Assembly (NCBI GenBank): GCA_963801675.1
Contig: CAWDFN010000001.1
Coordinates: 3,862,884-3,926,883, forward strand
Direction: 5' to 3'
Source of the DNA: an uncultured Planctomycetia bacterium
GTDB taxonomy: Bacteria; Planctomycetota; Planctomycetia; Pirellulales; PALSA-1355
DNA: 64,000 bases
Shown here one piece after another: positions 62,801 through 64,000 of this stretch. The notes below the pieces were generated by a model. The model ran no database searches. It was not told the origin of the DNA and was given only the letters and a program-made list of their open reading frames with translations. Positions within the stretch are counted from its first letter, which is position 1, and each line of letters begins with the position of its first letter. Position numbers and translations under genes: made by a program.

Positions 62801-63136
62801 TTGGGACCCGAACTGAAGGGGGCCGTCGCGCGGCTGTCGCGCGAGGACTTGTTCACGGCCATCACCGATCCGAACCTGGAGGTCTCGCCCGCTTTTCAGA
62901 CCACGGTTATCGCCACGAACTCGGGACAAGTGTATCATGGCGTGATCGTGTACGAGTCGCCCGAAGGAACTCTGTTGCAGACCGGGCCCGACACCACGGT
63001 GCGGATCACCGACGCGGAGCAATCTTCGGTTCGCCGAAGCACTCGATCGCTGATGCCGACCGGGCTGTTGGACACGCTGTCCGACCAGGATTTGAGCGAC
63101 TTGTACGCCTACTTGAGAACTCTGTCCGCCAAGTAA
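59831..63136 (+). CDS. PVC-type heme-binding CxxCH protein (membrane-bound dehydrogenase-like domain, HEAT-like repeats, C-terminal cytochrome c)
   Basis: Uninterrupted 1101-aa ORF with signal [24 protein letters not shown]. N-terminal [33 protein letters not shown]...[26 protein letters not shown]. C-terminal [24 protein letters not shown] (CxxCH) ...[24 protein letters not shown]. Confidence 0.85.
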   Translation: [1101 protein letters not shown]

Positions 63137-63156
63137 TCCATGAAAGGAGTCCGACC

Positions 63157-63438
63157 ATGCCCAAAGCATCGGCTCGTCACATTCTTGTCGATACGAAAGA
63201 AGCCTGCGAAGCATTGAAGACCCAGATTGCCGCCGGGAGCGATTTCGGCAAACTGGCAGGCGAGCATTCCAAGTGCCCCTCGGGCCGCAGCGGCGGCGCG
63301 CTCGGCGAGTTTGCGCCGGGCCAGATGGTGCCCGAGTTCGACAAGGTCGTCTTCAGCGCGCCGGTCGGCGAGGTGCAAGGCCCGGTGAAAACGCAGTTCG
63401 GCTGGCACCTGGTCGAAGTCACCAGTCGCACACCCTAG
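63157..63438 (+). CDS. parvulin-type peptidyl-prolyl cis-trans isomerase
   Basis: 93 aa: ARHILVDTKEACEALKTQIAAGSDFGKLAGEHSKCPSGRSGGALGEFAPGQMVPEFDKVVFSAPVGEVQGPVKTQFGWHLVEV. This is the classic PpiC-type rotamase core. Confidence 0.9.
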   Translation: MPKASARHILVDTKEACEALKTQIAAGSDFGKLAGEHSKCPSGRSGGALGEFAPGQMVPEFDKVVFSAPVGEVQGPVKTQFGWHLVEVTSRTP

Positions 63439-63447
63439 GGGTCGGTC

Positions 63448-64000
63448 ATGTCGCACGAAGCGTCCCAGCCGCCGGCTCCTCAGCCCGCCGATACGCGGCC
63501 CAAGCGTCACGCCTGGGTCCCGATCACGGCGATTGTCGTTTCCACGGTGTTCATCGTCGGAACGTTGTTCGTGCAATCCCTCGAAATCGGCGAAAGGCTG
63601 CCGCCGGCCGAGACCGGTTTGGCCGTGCGCGGCGCGGCGCTACTGGGTGTCCTCTTGGTGTATCTGTGGTTCGTGTTCCTTTCCGGGGCATCGCGCACGC
63701 TGCGCACGCGCGTCAGCGTCGTGGGGCTGGTGCTGATCGTGGCTCCGCTGGCCGCGCTTCGCATCGAAGACGTCAGCGGCGACGTGGTGCCGCGGTTGCG
63801 GTTCCGCTGGTCGCGGCATGCCGACGAGACGCTGCGCAAGGCCGAGGAAGAGGAATCGGCCGGCGAGCCGGTCGATCTGGCCACGACCACGCCGGATGAC
63901 TATGCGCAATTTCTGGGGCCCGACCGCCTGGCGACTTTGGCTGGCCCGCGCCTGGCCCGAGACTGGTCGGCCGAGCCGCCCAAGCAACTGTGGCGGCAAC
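63448..64000 (+). CDS. N-terminal part of a membrane-anchored protein, probably PQQ-like beta-propeller type; runs off the window end
   Basis: ATG 63448: MSHEASQPPAPQPADTRPKRHAWVPITAIVVSTVFIVGTLFV..., a second TM segment, then DDYAQFLGPDRLATLAGPRLARDWSAEPPKQLWRQ. That is the usual lead-in to planctomycete PQQ-like repeat proteins. It is open to position 64000 and absent from the track because it has no stop. Confidence 0.5.
   Translation, partial: MSHEASQPPAPQPADTRPKRHAWVPITAIVVSTVFIVGTLFVQSLEIGERLPPAETGLAVRGAALLGVLLVYLWFVFLSGASRTLRTRVSVVGLVLIVAPLAALRIEDVSGDVVPRLRFRWSRHADETLRKAEEEESAGEPVDLATTTPDDYAQFLGPDRLATLAGPRLARDWSAEPPKQLWRQ

Noticed and set aside
61070-63214. 714-aa minus-strand ORF; similar long antisense ORFs are 47401..49092, 27016..28926, 54153..55964 and 11158..12387
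   Set aside because: They lie antisense or out of frame to genes with clear family signatures. They are Arg/Gly/Ala/Pro-rich with no motifs, as expected for shadow ORFs in GC-rich DNA.

Overview
The window is a 64-kb, high-GC chromosomal segment whose gene content points to Planctomycetota, probably Pirellulales-like. That placement is an inference from gene content, not a database match. It rests on five PEP-CTERM cargo proteins, an ECF sigma factor next to a Ser/Thr kinase with TPR repeats, a formylglycine-type sulfatase, a PVC-type heme-binding dehydrogenase-like protein, membrane-anchored LRR proteins, a spermidine-synthase-like/TPR fusion, and REP-like palindromic repeats.

Recognisable housekeeping and metabolic genes:
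- cyanophycin synthetase (cphA) with a divergent DUF1854 gene
- glgC and leuS
- a ribose-type sugar ABC transporter
- two tandem Cys/Met-metabolism PLP enzymes
- an Ogt methyltransferase
- a group II PLP decarboxylase
- a parvulin PPIase
- a LOR/SDH-family gene followed by an amidinotransferase-fold gene

I found no CRISPR array, rRNA, intact tRNA, transposase or integrase.

Two caveats apply to the whole window:
- Many conserved genes can only be read by hopping between frames, while several ORFs of 750-1100 codons are uninterrupted. This looks like local indel error rather than gene decay. Several very long ORFs in the supplied track are therefore fusion or shadow artefacts.
- All family calls come from motif recognition by eye. 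No searches were run.

Most interesting leads:
- a rearranged ArgZ/AgrE-like arginine catabolism gene pair in a genome that also encodes cyanophycin synthetase
- a structured leader with a strong intrinsic terminator upstream of the trans-sulfuration genes
- a toxin-antitoxin mini-islet bounded by tRNA-like direct repeats
- a mosaic nested-palindrome repeat family, one copy of which encodes the C-terminus of a PEP-CTERM protein
- an uncharacterised four-gene ABC exporter operon
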